Shown: piece by piece, positions 48,890 through 56,477 of the stretch
Layout: each line of letters opens with the position of its first letter
Position numbering within the stretch: the stretch's first letter is position 1
DNA from: an uncultured bacterium
GTDB lineage: Bacteria; Patescibacteriota; Minisyncoccia; Phycocordibacterales; GCA-2401445
DNA: 56,477 nt
Reading direction: 5' to 3'
Assembly: GCA_937952265.1 (NCBI GenBank)
Contig: CALFYW010000055.1
Coordinates: 1-56,477 of the forward strand
Translations under genes and position numbers: made by a program
Notes under the pieces: generated by a model
What the model was told of the DNA's origin: nothing
Databases searched by the model: none
Seen by the model: the letters and a program-made list of their open reading frames with translations, nothing else

Positions 48890-51478
48890 ATGGGAGGGCC
48901 GCGGAAACTCATCCTCAAGTGCGTCTACTCACTTGGGGACATTGTGATGCTCACCGCAGCAGTGCGGGATCTCCACCGCTCGTACCCGGGTGCATTCCTC
49001 ACTGACGTCCACACCCCCTATCCGGAAATTTGGGAACATAATCCCTACCTCACGTCACTCGAAGCGAGTGACGCCGAGGTCATTGACTGCTGTTACCCGC
49101 TGATTAATCGATCGAATGTTGCGCCGAGCCACTGCTTAGCCGGTTTTGTCGACTTCTTGAACCAGACGCTCGGCCTTTCGATCGAAATCAGCGATTTTCG
49201 CGGTGATATTCATCTCTCGCCCCTCGAGAAAAGTTGGTACTCCCAGGTCCACGAGTTGACGCGCGCTGACACGCCGTTTTGGATTGTTGCGGGTGGGGGG
49301 AAGTTCGATATTACCCTTAAATGGTGGCCGACGGAGCGTTACCAACAGGTTATCGACCATTTCGAAGGGCGCCTGCTTTTCGTTCAAGTCGGTTCGGCTG
49401 GTCACCATCACCCGAAGCTGTCGGGCGCCATTGATCTGCGGGGCCAAACGAGCGTTCGCGAGCTCATCCGGTTGGTCTACCACTCCCAAGGCGTGCTCTG
49501 CCCGGTGACTGGAATCATGCACCTAGCAGCCGCCGTTGAGACGCGGTCAGAGCGACCGCCCCGGCGGCCATGCGTGGTGGTCGCGGGTGGGCGCGAACCA
49601 CCTCACTGGGAGGCGTATCCGTGGCATCAATTCATGCACACGGTGGGAAGCCTCTCCTGCTGTGCGGAAGGAGGGTGCTGGCGAGATCGGGCTATACCGC
49701 TGGGAGATGGCGATCATCGGGACGAACCGGAAAACCTCTGTCTGTCGCTTACTGGTCGCGTTCCGAGGTGCATGGATTTGATTCGCGCACCGGATGTCAT
49801 TGAGCGGATTGAAATGTTTTTCCGTAGCCAGGAATTCGGGTATCTCGAGGCGCGTCAGTGGAGCGCAGCCCGGCGCGGTATTCGCGCGGCTTCCGACAAC
49901 GAATTTGACGACGAACCCCTCAATCTCTCAAGCGCGCGGGCCGCATGTGAAGCATTCATTGCTTCCATGCCGAGCCCGCCGACGATTGCGGACCGGCGGG
50001 GAATTGTAATTTGCGCCGGCAATATCAGATACTTCACGTGTGCGTGGGTCTGCATCAATATGCTTCGCCAGTTGGGTTGCACGCTTCCGATCGAGTTGTG
50101 GCACCGGGGTCCCGCCGAACTCGACCACCGGATGCGGCAGTTGGTGGAACCACTTGATGTTCGCTGCATCGATGCCCTCACCGTAGCACGGGAACATCCG
50201 GTGCGCCGCCTTAATGGGTGGGGCTTGAAAGCCTTTGCCTTGGTTCACTCATCCTTTGGGCAGGTCCTCTTTCTTGATGCCGATAATGTGCCGGTCAGAG
50301 ATCCGACGTATCTTTTCGACACCATCGCCTATCACGAGAGCGGTGCGATCTTCTGGCCTGATTTCGGTCGCACCCATGAAAGCGCCCCGGTTTGGCACAG
50401 CTGCGGTATCCCTGAACCGAAGACTCCTGAGTTTGAAAGCGGTCAGATCGTGGTCGATCGACGGCGATGCTGGAGGGCACTTCGGCTCGCGCTGTGGTTT
50501 AACGAACACGACGACTTCTATTACCGCTACGTCTACGGCGACAAGGAGACCTTCCACTTGGCATTCAAGAAGCTCGGGATGCCGTTTACCCTCGTGCCCC
50601 ACGCAATTCATCGGCTCCAATCGACGATGTGTCAGCACGATCTCGATGGAAGGCGTCTATTCCAACATCGCAACACGGACAAGTGGGATGTATTCGGGCG
50701 AAATATGGTGGTGGAAGACTTCTGGTTTGAGGACGAATGTCGCCAGTTCGTCAAGGACCTGACCCGCCAGTGGGACGCCCACGCCTCGGAGTATGCCTTT
50801 GAAATTGGTGAAGCCACGCGGAAAGCCCCGTCCGTGGTGGCGGTGATGATTACCTGTCCCGAGAGAGAAGTGATCCGTGAGCGGACGCTGGCATCGTTGC
50901 GCGAGTCGGATTGGGAGGGAGACCTTGCGCTGATCCATGACGAGGCAGCCGATTCCAATCGGGAACTCCGCCAAACGGAGGCGGCGCGGAAGGCGCTCTT
51001 GGCGGGCCTGGAGGCCAGGACCCCATTTATTCTATTTCTTGAAGATGACCTCATCTTCAACCGCCATCTTTTCCACAACCTCACGACCTGGGCCCCGGTC
51101 CGAGAGCGTGCCCTTACCTTGGGGAGCCTCTACAATCCCGGTGTGGGAGCACTTGCCTGCCATGTGTCCCAGCATTGGATCGCCACACGAGGCGATTGGG
51201 TTTACGGAAGCCAAGCCTTCGTCGTGAGTCGCCGAACTGCCAAATACTTCCTCAATCATTGGGAGTCAGTTGAGGGCATGCAGGATATCCGGATGTCGCG
51301 ACTCGCCGGTCGTTTGAATCGCCCGATATATTACCACGCGCCGTCATTGGTGCAGCACGTGGGCGAGACGAGCACGTGGGGAGGGGGTTTTCATCGGGCA
51401 CGCGATTTTGATGCCGAGTGGCATACCGGCCGTGAAGAACCACGATTCGAGGTATTAGAAATGGACCCTCGGTCGTAA
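48890..51478 (+). CDS. Multi-domain glycosyltransferase (GT9 heptosyltransferase-like N-domain, mannosyltransferase-like middle domain, third GT-like domain; 862 aa)
   Basis: GT9-like: FWIVAGGGKFDITLKWWP...LFVQVGSAGH...IDLRGQTSVRELIRLV..SQGVLCPVTGIMHLAAAV. Middle domain: GIVICAGNIRYF...LPIELWH and LFLDADNVPVRDPTYLFD...IFWPDF. Domain family names are from memory. Confidence 0.85.
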   Translation: MGGPRKLILKCVYSLGDIVMLTAAVRDLHRSYPGAFLTDVHTPYPEIWEHNPYLTSLEASDAEVIDCCYPLINRSNVAPSHCLAGFVDFLNQTLGLSIEISDFRGDIHLSPLEKSWYSQVHELTRADTPFWIVAGGGKFDITLKWWPTERYQQVIDHFEGRLLFVQVGSAGHHHPKLSGAIDLRGQTSVRELIRLVYHSQGVLCPVTGIMHLAAAVETRSERPPRRPCVVVAGGREPPHWEAYPWHQFMHTVGSLSCCAEGGCWRDRAIPLGDGDHRDEPENLCLSLTGRVPRCMDLIRAPDVIERIEMFFRSQEFGYLEARQWSAARRGIRAASDNEFDDEPLNLSSARAACEAFIASMPSPPTIADRRGIVICAGNIRYFTCAWVCINMLRQLGCTLPIELWHRGPAELDHRMRQLVEPLDVRCIDALTVAREHPVRRLNGWGLKAFALVHSSFGQVLFLDADNVPVRDPTYLFDTIAYHESGAIFWPDFGRTHESAPVWHSCGIPEPKTPEFESGQIVVDRRRCWRALRLALWFNEHDDFYYRYVYGDKETFHLAFKKLGMPFTLVPHAIHRLQSTMCQHDLDGRRLFQHRNTDKWDVFGRNMVVEDFWFEDECRQFVKDLTRQWDAHASEYAFEIGEATRKAPSVVAVMITCPEREVIRERTLASLRESDWEGDLALIHDEAADSNRELRQTEAARKALLAGLEARTPFILFLEDDLIFNRHLFHNLTTWAPVRERALTLGSLYNPGVGALACHVSQHWIATRGDWVYGSQAFVVSRRTAKYFLNHWESVEGMQDIRMSRLAGRLNRPIYYHAPSLVQHVGETSTWGGGFHRARDFDAEWHTGREEPRFEVLEMDPRS

Positions 51479-51509
51479 TGCATGAACACCTCTGGGTTAT
51501 TGGGACACC

Positions 51510-54500
51510 ATGGCTTCAGCGCAGTCACCACCGCCAATTTCGATTCCTGATCATGAGCTTCTCGTTCGGATCGGCGAGGGAAGCTATGGCGAGGTGTGGC
51601 TGGGTCGGACGGCACTCGGAACCTATCGGGCAATCAAGATCGTCCGTCGTGCGACGTTCAACCGCGAAGAGCCGTTTCTCCGAGAGCTCAAGGGATTGCG
51701 GCTGTACGAACCGGTCTCGCGAGCTCACCCGTCGCTCATTGACATCCTTCAGATTGGCCCCCCGAGTCCGAGCGAATACTTCTACTACATCATGGAAATT
51801 GGGGATGATGTCGCGGGCTCGCACCCCATCGACCCCACACGCTATGAGCCACGAACGCTCGCCCATGATCTCTCAGAAAGACCACGCCTTTCGGTTGCCG
51901 AATGCACGCGCATTGGTCTTGCGTTGAGTGAGGCGCTCGCGCACTTGCACGATCAGAAGCTGCTTCACCGTGATATCAAACCCGCCAACATTCTCTTTGT
52001 CGAAGGAGTGCCAAAACTGGCCGACATCGGCATGGTGGCCGATGCAGGAGCGACCGCTTCGATTGTCGGGACGGCCGGGTTCATCCCACCTGAGGGACCG
52101 TCAAGCGTCCAATCGGATATTTTCAGTTTGGGTAAGGTGCTCTACGAAGCGAGCACGGGCAATGACCGGTGCAGTTTTCCCACCCTGCCCGATAACTTGG
52201 ATCAATGGAGCGATGCGGGAGCGTTTCGCGAGTTCAACGAGATCCTGATCAAAGCGTGCGACAATCATCCACAGCATCGCTACAAGAGCGCCCACGACAT
52301 GAACGCCGACTTGGTCGTGCTGCGCTCCGGTCATTCCGTGAAGCGCTTGCGTGTCTTGGAGCGCTACTTGACACGCGCGCGACGAATCGCTCCGGCAGCG
52401 GCCGTCCTGTTGATTCTCGTCGCATCCCTCATTTGGACCTATCTTCGTGACCAAAGTCGCGAACACCTCCATCGGCAGCGGCAAGTGGGTTCCGCCGTTG
52501 CGCTCGGAATGCAGCGCGTGGATCAGCATGATTTCCTCGGTGCATTACCCCCCTTGGTGAGTGCCTTGGTGCAAGATGATCCATCTCGCAAATCAACACA
52601 TCGCGTGCGGATTGCCGCGGTCCTCGATCGTTGTCCGCGTATCGTCTCGATGTTCTTTCATTCGAATGTCGTGGCCCATGTTGAATTCTCTCACGATGGA
52701 GATCGCCTCCTAACCGTCGAACGCGATGGTAAGGCTCGGATCTGGGATTTTCGGAGGGAAGTGCTCGCCGCGCCCATCATCGCCCCACCCTACGGCATGA
52801 CCCACGCATCGTTTCACCCCGATGGGAGCACGGTGGTGACCGGCGGATTGAATCAACCGGTGATCGTGTGGGCCGTCGAATCCGGCGAGCGGATTGCTGA
52901 GTTTCCCCATCCAAGCGAGGTGTTCAGCGTTCGATTCAGTCGGGACGGTCGGAGGATTCTCACCGCAGCGCACGATGGATTGGTGCGGGTTTTTGACCTC
53001 GCCGGTGAAGAAATGGTCGCCTCGCTTTCGGCACCCGAAACACAATCAGTCCGCTATGCCACCTTTTCGCGTGACGATTCGCTCGTTGCCATGGCTGGTG
53101 AGGATCGGGCCGTTTGGATTTGGAATGCACTCGGATGGCAATTGGCATCCGAGGCGCTCCAGCACGGTCAATGGGTGATTTGCAGCGCATTTGACGGAAC
53201 CGGACGTCTGGTCGCGACTGGAGGATTCGATCGTCATGTCAGGGTTTGGGATTGGGAAAACGGCCGTGAACTTCTGCCACGCATGGTGCATCAAGAATGC
53301 GTCGCGAGCGTTTCCTTTTCACCTGATGACCGCTTTATTCTAAGTGGCAGCTGGGACGGCACCGCGCGCCTGTGGAATGCGTCGGACCATCAGCCGGTAT
53401 CCTTTGCGAATACCCTCCATCATTCGAGGGCCGTGCGTAGTGCGGGCTTCCACCCCTCGGGCGGCTTCATTGCAACCGCGTGTGCGGATGGCTCCGTTCG
53501 CGTCTGGGATATGGCCGCGTCGGCCGCGACCGTTGAGTCGCCCGACGCAAGCCTCTTGGTTTTGGATGAACACCTCATCACCAAGCAGGCGGGAGGATTC
53601 TCCATCGCGTCAGCACGCGGAAAGACGACCGTGATCAAAAGCAGTGCAGCACCGGGAGCGTGGGCGCTCGGCAACGGTGTCTTAGCCGCCCTTTGCCAAC
53701 GCTCTGAACCGGCAATTCTCGTGTGGGAACTCGCCGACGGAAACCTTCGATTCGGTCCCATCCCGGTCTCAGTCGATTTTACGGTTGCGCTCGCTTGTAG
53801 TGCAACTGGTGCCTATGTCGCTCTCGCCGAAAGCGACCGAATTCGCGTCCTGAATACCTCTAACGGGAAAGTGATCTCCCTCGATTCAATCGCCAATCCA
53901 GCCGCTGTTTCTGCGATGCGTTTCGCGCCGCAACGGCCGATCCTCTTCGTCGCTGCCGGTGAATCCCTCTACGCGTGGAATTGTGCCGAATCGGCTCCGG
54001 TCTTCTCCCCGGTCGCTCATCCTGCACCGATTAAGGCGCTCGCAATCAGCCCAAACGGGCGGTTCCTGGCTACCGGCGCACAAGACAATCAATTGCGCGA
54101 ACTCCATGCCCAGCTTTGGGATGCAGCGACCGGAATCCCAATCGGGCCACGACTGCGGCATCTTGACGGGGTGCTTGACGTAGCGTTTTGTCCGAATAGC
54201 GAGATGCTTGCGACCGGAGGGGAAGACGGCGTTGCAATCCTCTGGGACGTCCCAACCGGAACACCGCGTTTCCGCTTCCGCCATGCCGGCCAAGTGCGCT
54301 CCGTCGCTTTCTCGGGAAACGGAAAATGGCTCGCAACCGCCTCCACTGACCGAACCGCCCGAATCTGGGAAACCGAAACGGGAGAAGCAATTACTCCCGC
54401 GCTTACGCATCCAAATCCAGTGGCCGACGCACACTTTATCCACCAAGATTCCGCGCTCCTTACCATTGACCGGAAAGGAAATCAGTTGAAATGGCCCGTT

Positions 54501-54632
54501 CAGCCCGAACTTCGGAGCACCGCTGACCTCACCAAGCTCTCAATCCTACTTTCGAGTGACCGCGAAGGGTTCTTGGGCGATTCCGAACGCGATTGGCAGA
54601 AGCTTTGGAAATCGGTCTCGCAACTTGATTGA
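51510..54632 (+). CDS. Ser/Thr protein kinase with TM segment and WD40 repeat array (1040 aa)
   Basis: IGEGSYGEVWLG, YRAIKIV, HRDIKPANILF, LADIGMV. TM AAAVLLILVASLIWTYL. At least 8 WD-type blades (DGKARIWD, DGLVRVFD, DRHVRVWD, DGTARLWN, DGSVRVWD, DGVAILWD, DRTARIWE). Confidence 0.95.
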   Translation: MASAQSPPPISIPDHELLVRIGEGSYGEVWLGRTALGTYRAIKIVRRATFNREEPFLRELKGLRLYEPVSRAHPSLIDILQIGPPSPSEYFYYIMEIGDDVAGSHPIDPTRYEPRTLAHDLSERPRLSVAECTRIGLALSEALAHLHDQKLLHRDIKPANILFVEGVPKLADIGMVADAGATASIVGTAGFIPPEGPSSVQSDIFSLGKVLYEASTGNDRCSFPTLPDNLDQWSDAGAFREFNEILIKACDNHPQHRYKSAHDMNADLVVLRSGHSVKRLRVLERYLTRARRIAPAAAVLLILVASLIWTYLRDQSREHLHRQRQVGSAVALGMQRVDQHDFLGALPPLVSALVQDDPSRKSTHRVRIAAVLDRCPRIVSMFFHSNVVAHVEFSHDGDRLLTVERDGKARIWDFRREVLAAPIIAPPYGMTHASFHPDGSTVVTGGLNQPVIVWAVESGERIAEFPHPSEVFSVRFSRDGRRILTAAHDGLVRVFDLAGEEMVASLSAPETQSVRYATFSRDDSLVAMAGEDRAVWIWNALGWQLASEALQHGQWVICSAFDGTGRLVATGGFDRHVRVWDWENGRELLPRMVHQECVASVSFSPDDRFILSGSWDGTARLWNASDHQPVSFANTLHHSRAVRSAGFHPSGGFIATACADGSVRVWDMAASAATVESPDASLLVLDEHLITKQAGGFSIASARGKTTVIKSSAAPGAWALGNGVLAALCQRSEPAILVWELADGNLRFGPIPVSVDFTVALACSATGAYVALAESDRIRVLNTSNGKVISLDSIANPAAVSAMRFAPQRPILFVAAGESLYAWNCAESAPVFSPVAHPAPIKALAISPNGRFLATGAQDNQLRELHAQLWDAATGIPIGPRLRHLDGVLDVAFCPNSEMLATGGEDGVAILWDVPTGTPRFRFRHAGQVRSVAFSGNGKWLATASTDRTARIWETETGEAITPALTHPNPVADAHFIHQDSALLTIDRKGNQLKWPVQPELRSTADLTKLSILLSSDREGFLGDSERDWQKLWKSVSQLD

Positions 54633-54906
54633 CCAATCTAAAACGGAGAACGGAGGAGACAATGAGTGTAACGAATACGAACACCTTTGCTTTGCGGTTC
54701 TGCAGTTCAAAATACAAGCGCCGTGAGCTGTATTATTTAACGAAACATAATTGGTCAAAAATGGCTTAAACGGCTTCGATACGAGGCTGAAAGCGATTCC
54801 CACACATTTCGTTCTCGAAAGTACTCCATGTTGCTTGACATTTGAACTTTAATTTCTGGGCACTCGCCGTAATCGGCGACTGTAATGGACGGAATCCTAA
54901 AACAAT

Positions 54907-55062
54907 ATGTTCTATGAGATTGGTATGCTCACAGATATTGCAAGCCAATCTGTTGATAAAACGGCAGAAAGAATCACGTTAAAACAAATCGCTAAACTGG
55001 AGCGGCTGCGGGGCACGCGGTCTGTGTGTTGGAAGTCGATCGCCGCCGCCCCAGTTTTATAG
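54907..55062 (+). CDS. Possible 51-aa ORF just upstream of the 2-TM gene (below the ORF-track cutoff)
   Basis: My own translation: MFYEIGMLTDIASQSVDKTAERITLKQIAKLERLRGTRSVCWKSIAAAPVL*. It ends 21 nt before 55084. There is no other support. Confidence 0.2.
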   Translation: MFYEIGMLTDIASQSVDKTAERITLKQIAKLERLRGTRSVCWKSIAAAPVL

Positions 55063-55083
55063 CTCAGGCGTTAGCCCAAATCT

Positions 55084-55608
55084 ATGTCGAACGGTAAGAG
55101 TCATTTGGTATGGGAAGTGTATGATCTGCAAAGGACCTGCAGATTGAATTTCAAGTACTGGTCGTCCAAGCTTGTCGTGTGTCGTCGCTTTAATTTCTGG
55201 CTCGAGTATTCTCTGCTGGTTACCGCTCCCGGGTCTGCAGTTGCCGGTTTCGTTTTCTGGAAAACAGAAAGCGGCGAAATTGTCTGGACAATCCTGACTC
55301 TTACAACCGCTTTTTTGGGAATCGCGAAGCCGTTATTGCGACTTACTGACCGGATAGAGCGACTCCAGAAAGTTGCCACCGCGTACAGGGCTATTGAGTA
55401 TCAGATTGAGGAACTCGCATCAGATATTCGGAGAGATGACAAGTACTCGGCCGAAATGGTGACCACATTCAAACGTATCCAGAAGCAGGTGCAAGAGGCG
55501 TCGAGAGACGAGCCAGTGGAGAATGCTAATGAGAACCTTCGCCGACAGTGTTTCGAGGTAGTGAAACAAGAATTGCCAGACACTTCATTCCACATTCCAT
55601 CAATATGA
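55084..55608 (+). CDS. Small 2-TM protein with SLATT-like organisation (174 aa)
   Basis: N-terminal helix, then two TM helices (FWLEYSLLVTAPGSAVAGFVFW; IVWTILTLTTAFLGIAKPLL), then a charged helical tail. The SLATT assignment is tentative and based on layout. Confidence 0.6.
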   Translation: MSNGKSHLVWEVYDLQRTCRLNFKYWSSKLVVCRRFNFWLEYSLLVTAPGSAVAGFVFWKTESGEIVWTILTLTTAFLGIAKPLLRLTDRIERLQKVATAYRAIEYQIEELASDIRRDDKYSAEMVTTFKRIQKQVQEASRDEPVENANENLRRQCFEVVKQELPDTSFHIPSI

Positions 55609-55874
55609 GTCAACCAGCCCCAAAACCGACAAGACCAATTGCTCCGCCAAAACCCCAGCCATCGAGGTCTCCGAAACCGGAACGGCCTCGTCCACTGCCC
55701 GAGCGGAGAGAGGCTCCGGCACATGAGCCACCGCAGCCAATACCTGCACCTAAGATTGATCCGCCTGAGCCCTGGCCAAGAAGGGGGAGGCTAATACAGA
55801 AGAGGTTGGCGACGGTGAGTGATCCTGGATCTCAAGATCCTCAAGTAATGACGCCCCGAATCTGTGCAAAGTAG
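55605..55874 (+). CDS. Proline-rich small protein (89 aa), translationally coupled to 55084..55608
   Basis: ATGA overlap at 55605..55608. MSQPAPKPTRPIAPPKPQPSRSPKPERPRPLP.... Its low complexity makes the coding status uncertain. Confidence 0.4.
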   Translation: MSQPAPKPTRPIAPPKPQPSRSPKPERPRPLPERREAPAHEPPQPIPAPKIDPPEPWPRRGRLIQKRLATVSDPGSQDPQVMTPRICAK

Positions 55875-56477
55875 TCGCGAAGTTCGTCCTCGGAAGATTT
55901 TTCGATTCCCTTTGGAACTGTTCGTGGGTCAAGCGTACGCATCGGTGGTTGGGTGTGGCGAGTGCGCGTGACGACGTAACGTAGCGCCAGCAGCTTTGCA
56001 TGTGTTCGTTGGACCGGTAGGAATGGTTCTACAGCAGGGGTTCGCTGTAGGACCGACGTGTCAGTAGACCGCCGCCGCGCCCTACGATTTCGGCGTGCAA
56101 ACCGCAGTAGTCGGGAGGGCCGCGAGGATTGCGCGGTGCGAGTCGAACGGGGTTGCGAGTGTTTCGTGCGGAACGAATCAAAGAATGATGAAGAACGATG
56201 CTTGGAAGCTTGTCCCTGCCGCTCCATGCCCGGAAAGGGATTGACGGCAGAGGACATAAGCAAGAGTCGAGTGAACTCGGAGGTCTATGCTTTGTGTTTG
56301 TCCGAAGGTGAGACAAGCGACGGGCACATCGAAGGTGGGGCAAGTCGCCACAGCTGCCGCGGAATGACAGTTTCGCGGTGGTTGCAAAGGGGCCGCGAGC
56401 GGTCGGAGGAAGACCGGAAGGAGTGCTCGGGCGAACCGTCGGGCACCGCTAAACCCAAGGGGACGCATCACTCGAGG

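Noticed and set aside
55841-56471. Minus-strand ORFs of 97-140 aa at the right edge
   Set aside because: Highly Arg/Ser-rich translations in several overlapping frames. They may belong to a gene or element continuing beyond the window, and are not supportable here.
1-56477. Visual scan for tRNA/rRNA genes, CRISPR arrays and retron-like structures
   Set aside because: No T-loop/acceptor-like cloverleaf candidates in intergenic DNA, no regularly spaced short direct repeats, and no reverse transcriptase ORF were seen. tRNAscan-SE, Infernal and a CRISPR finder should confirm this.

Overview
This is a 56.5-kb mosaic accessory region that is heavily colonised by mobile DNA. The gene content (ECF sigma plus WD40 Ser/Thr kinase, FGE-sulfatase-domain protein, ISAzo13-type transposase, BNR/Ycf48-like propeller) suggests a PVC-group host (Verrucomicrobiota/Planctomycetota-like). 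That host assignment is inference only. From left to right the window contains: (1) a ~261-bp direct-repeat pair bracketing two orphan ORFs (58-2133). (2) A secreted protein and a beta-propeller protein (2.2-4.6 kb). (3) A translationally coupled DUF6602-like nuclease-fold gene plus a 1091-aa SIR2-like/STAND-NTPase/TPR protein (4.7-8.9 kb), an Avs5-like candidate defence cassette. (4) A complete IS21 (istAB, 8944-11813, 4-bp TSD). (5) A membrane PAS sensor. (6) A truncated ISKra4-like/DUF4338 remnant. (7) An ISAzo13 (IS630-family) copy. (8) Decayed nuclease and integrase remnants. (9) FGE-sulfatase-domain and lipase-like secreted proteins. (10) A solo IS21 end. (11) An ISKra4-like element carrying a DUF4338 (DruA-like) gene (25481-27676, 9-bp TSD). 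(12) A sensor histidine kinase gene split by an IS66 element (28791-35675, 8-bp TSD). That IS66 carries a second DUF4338 gene, and its tnpC is in turn split by a three-recombinase RIT element (29184-32639, 97-bp IRs). (13) A cluster of small CxxC zinc-ribbon ORFs. (14) A tight minus-strand module at 39.4-47.1 kb: PEGA membrane protein, multi-TM protein, 1065-aa FtsK/HerA/TraD-like ATPase with a C-terminal nuclease-like domain, and a large serine recombinase with two C-terminal XRE HTHs. This is my top candidate for an undescribed system. (15) An ECF sigma / multi-domain glycosyltransferase / WD40 Ser/Thr kinase cluster. (16) A small 2-TM (SLATT-like) gene coupled to a proline-rich ORF. I recognised no tRNA, rRNA or CRISPR array by eye. 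All domain calls come from motif recognition in the translated ORFs, not from database searches.
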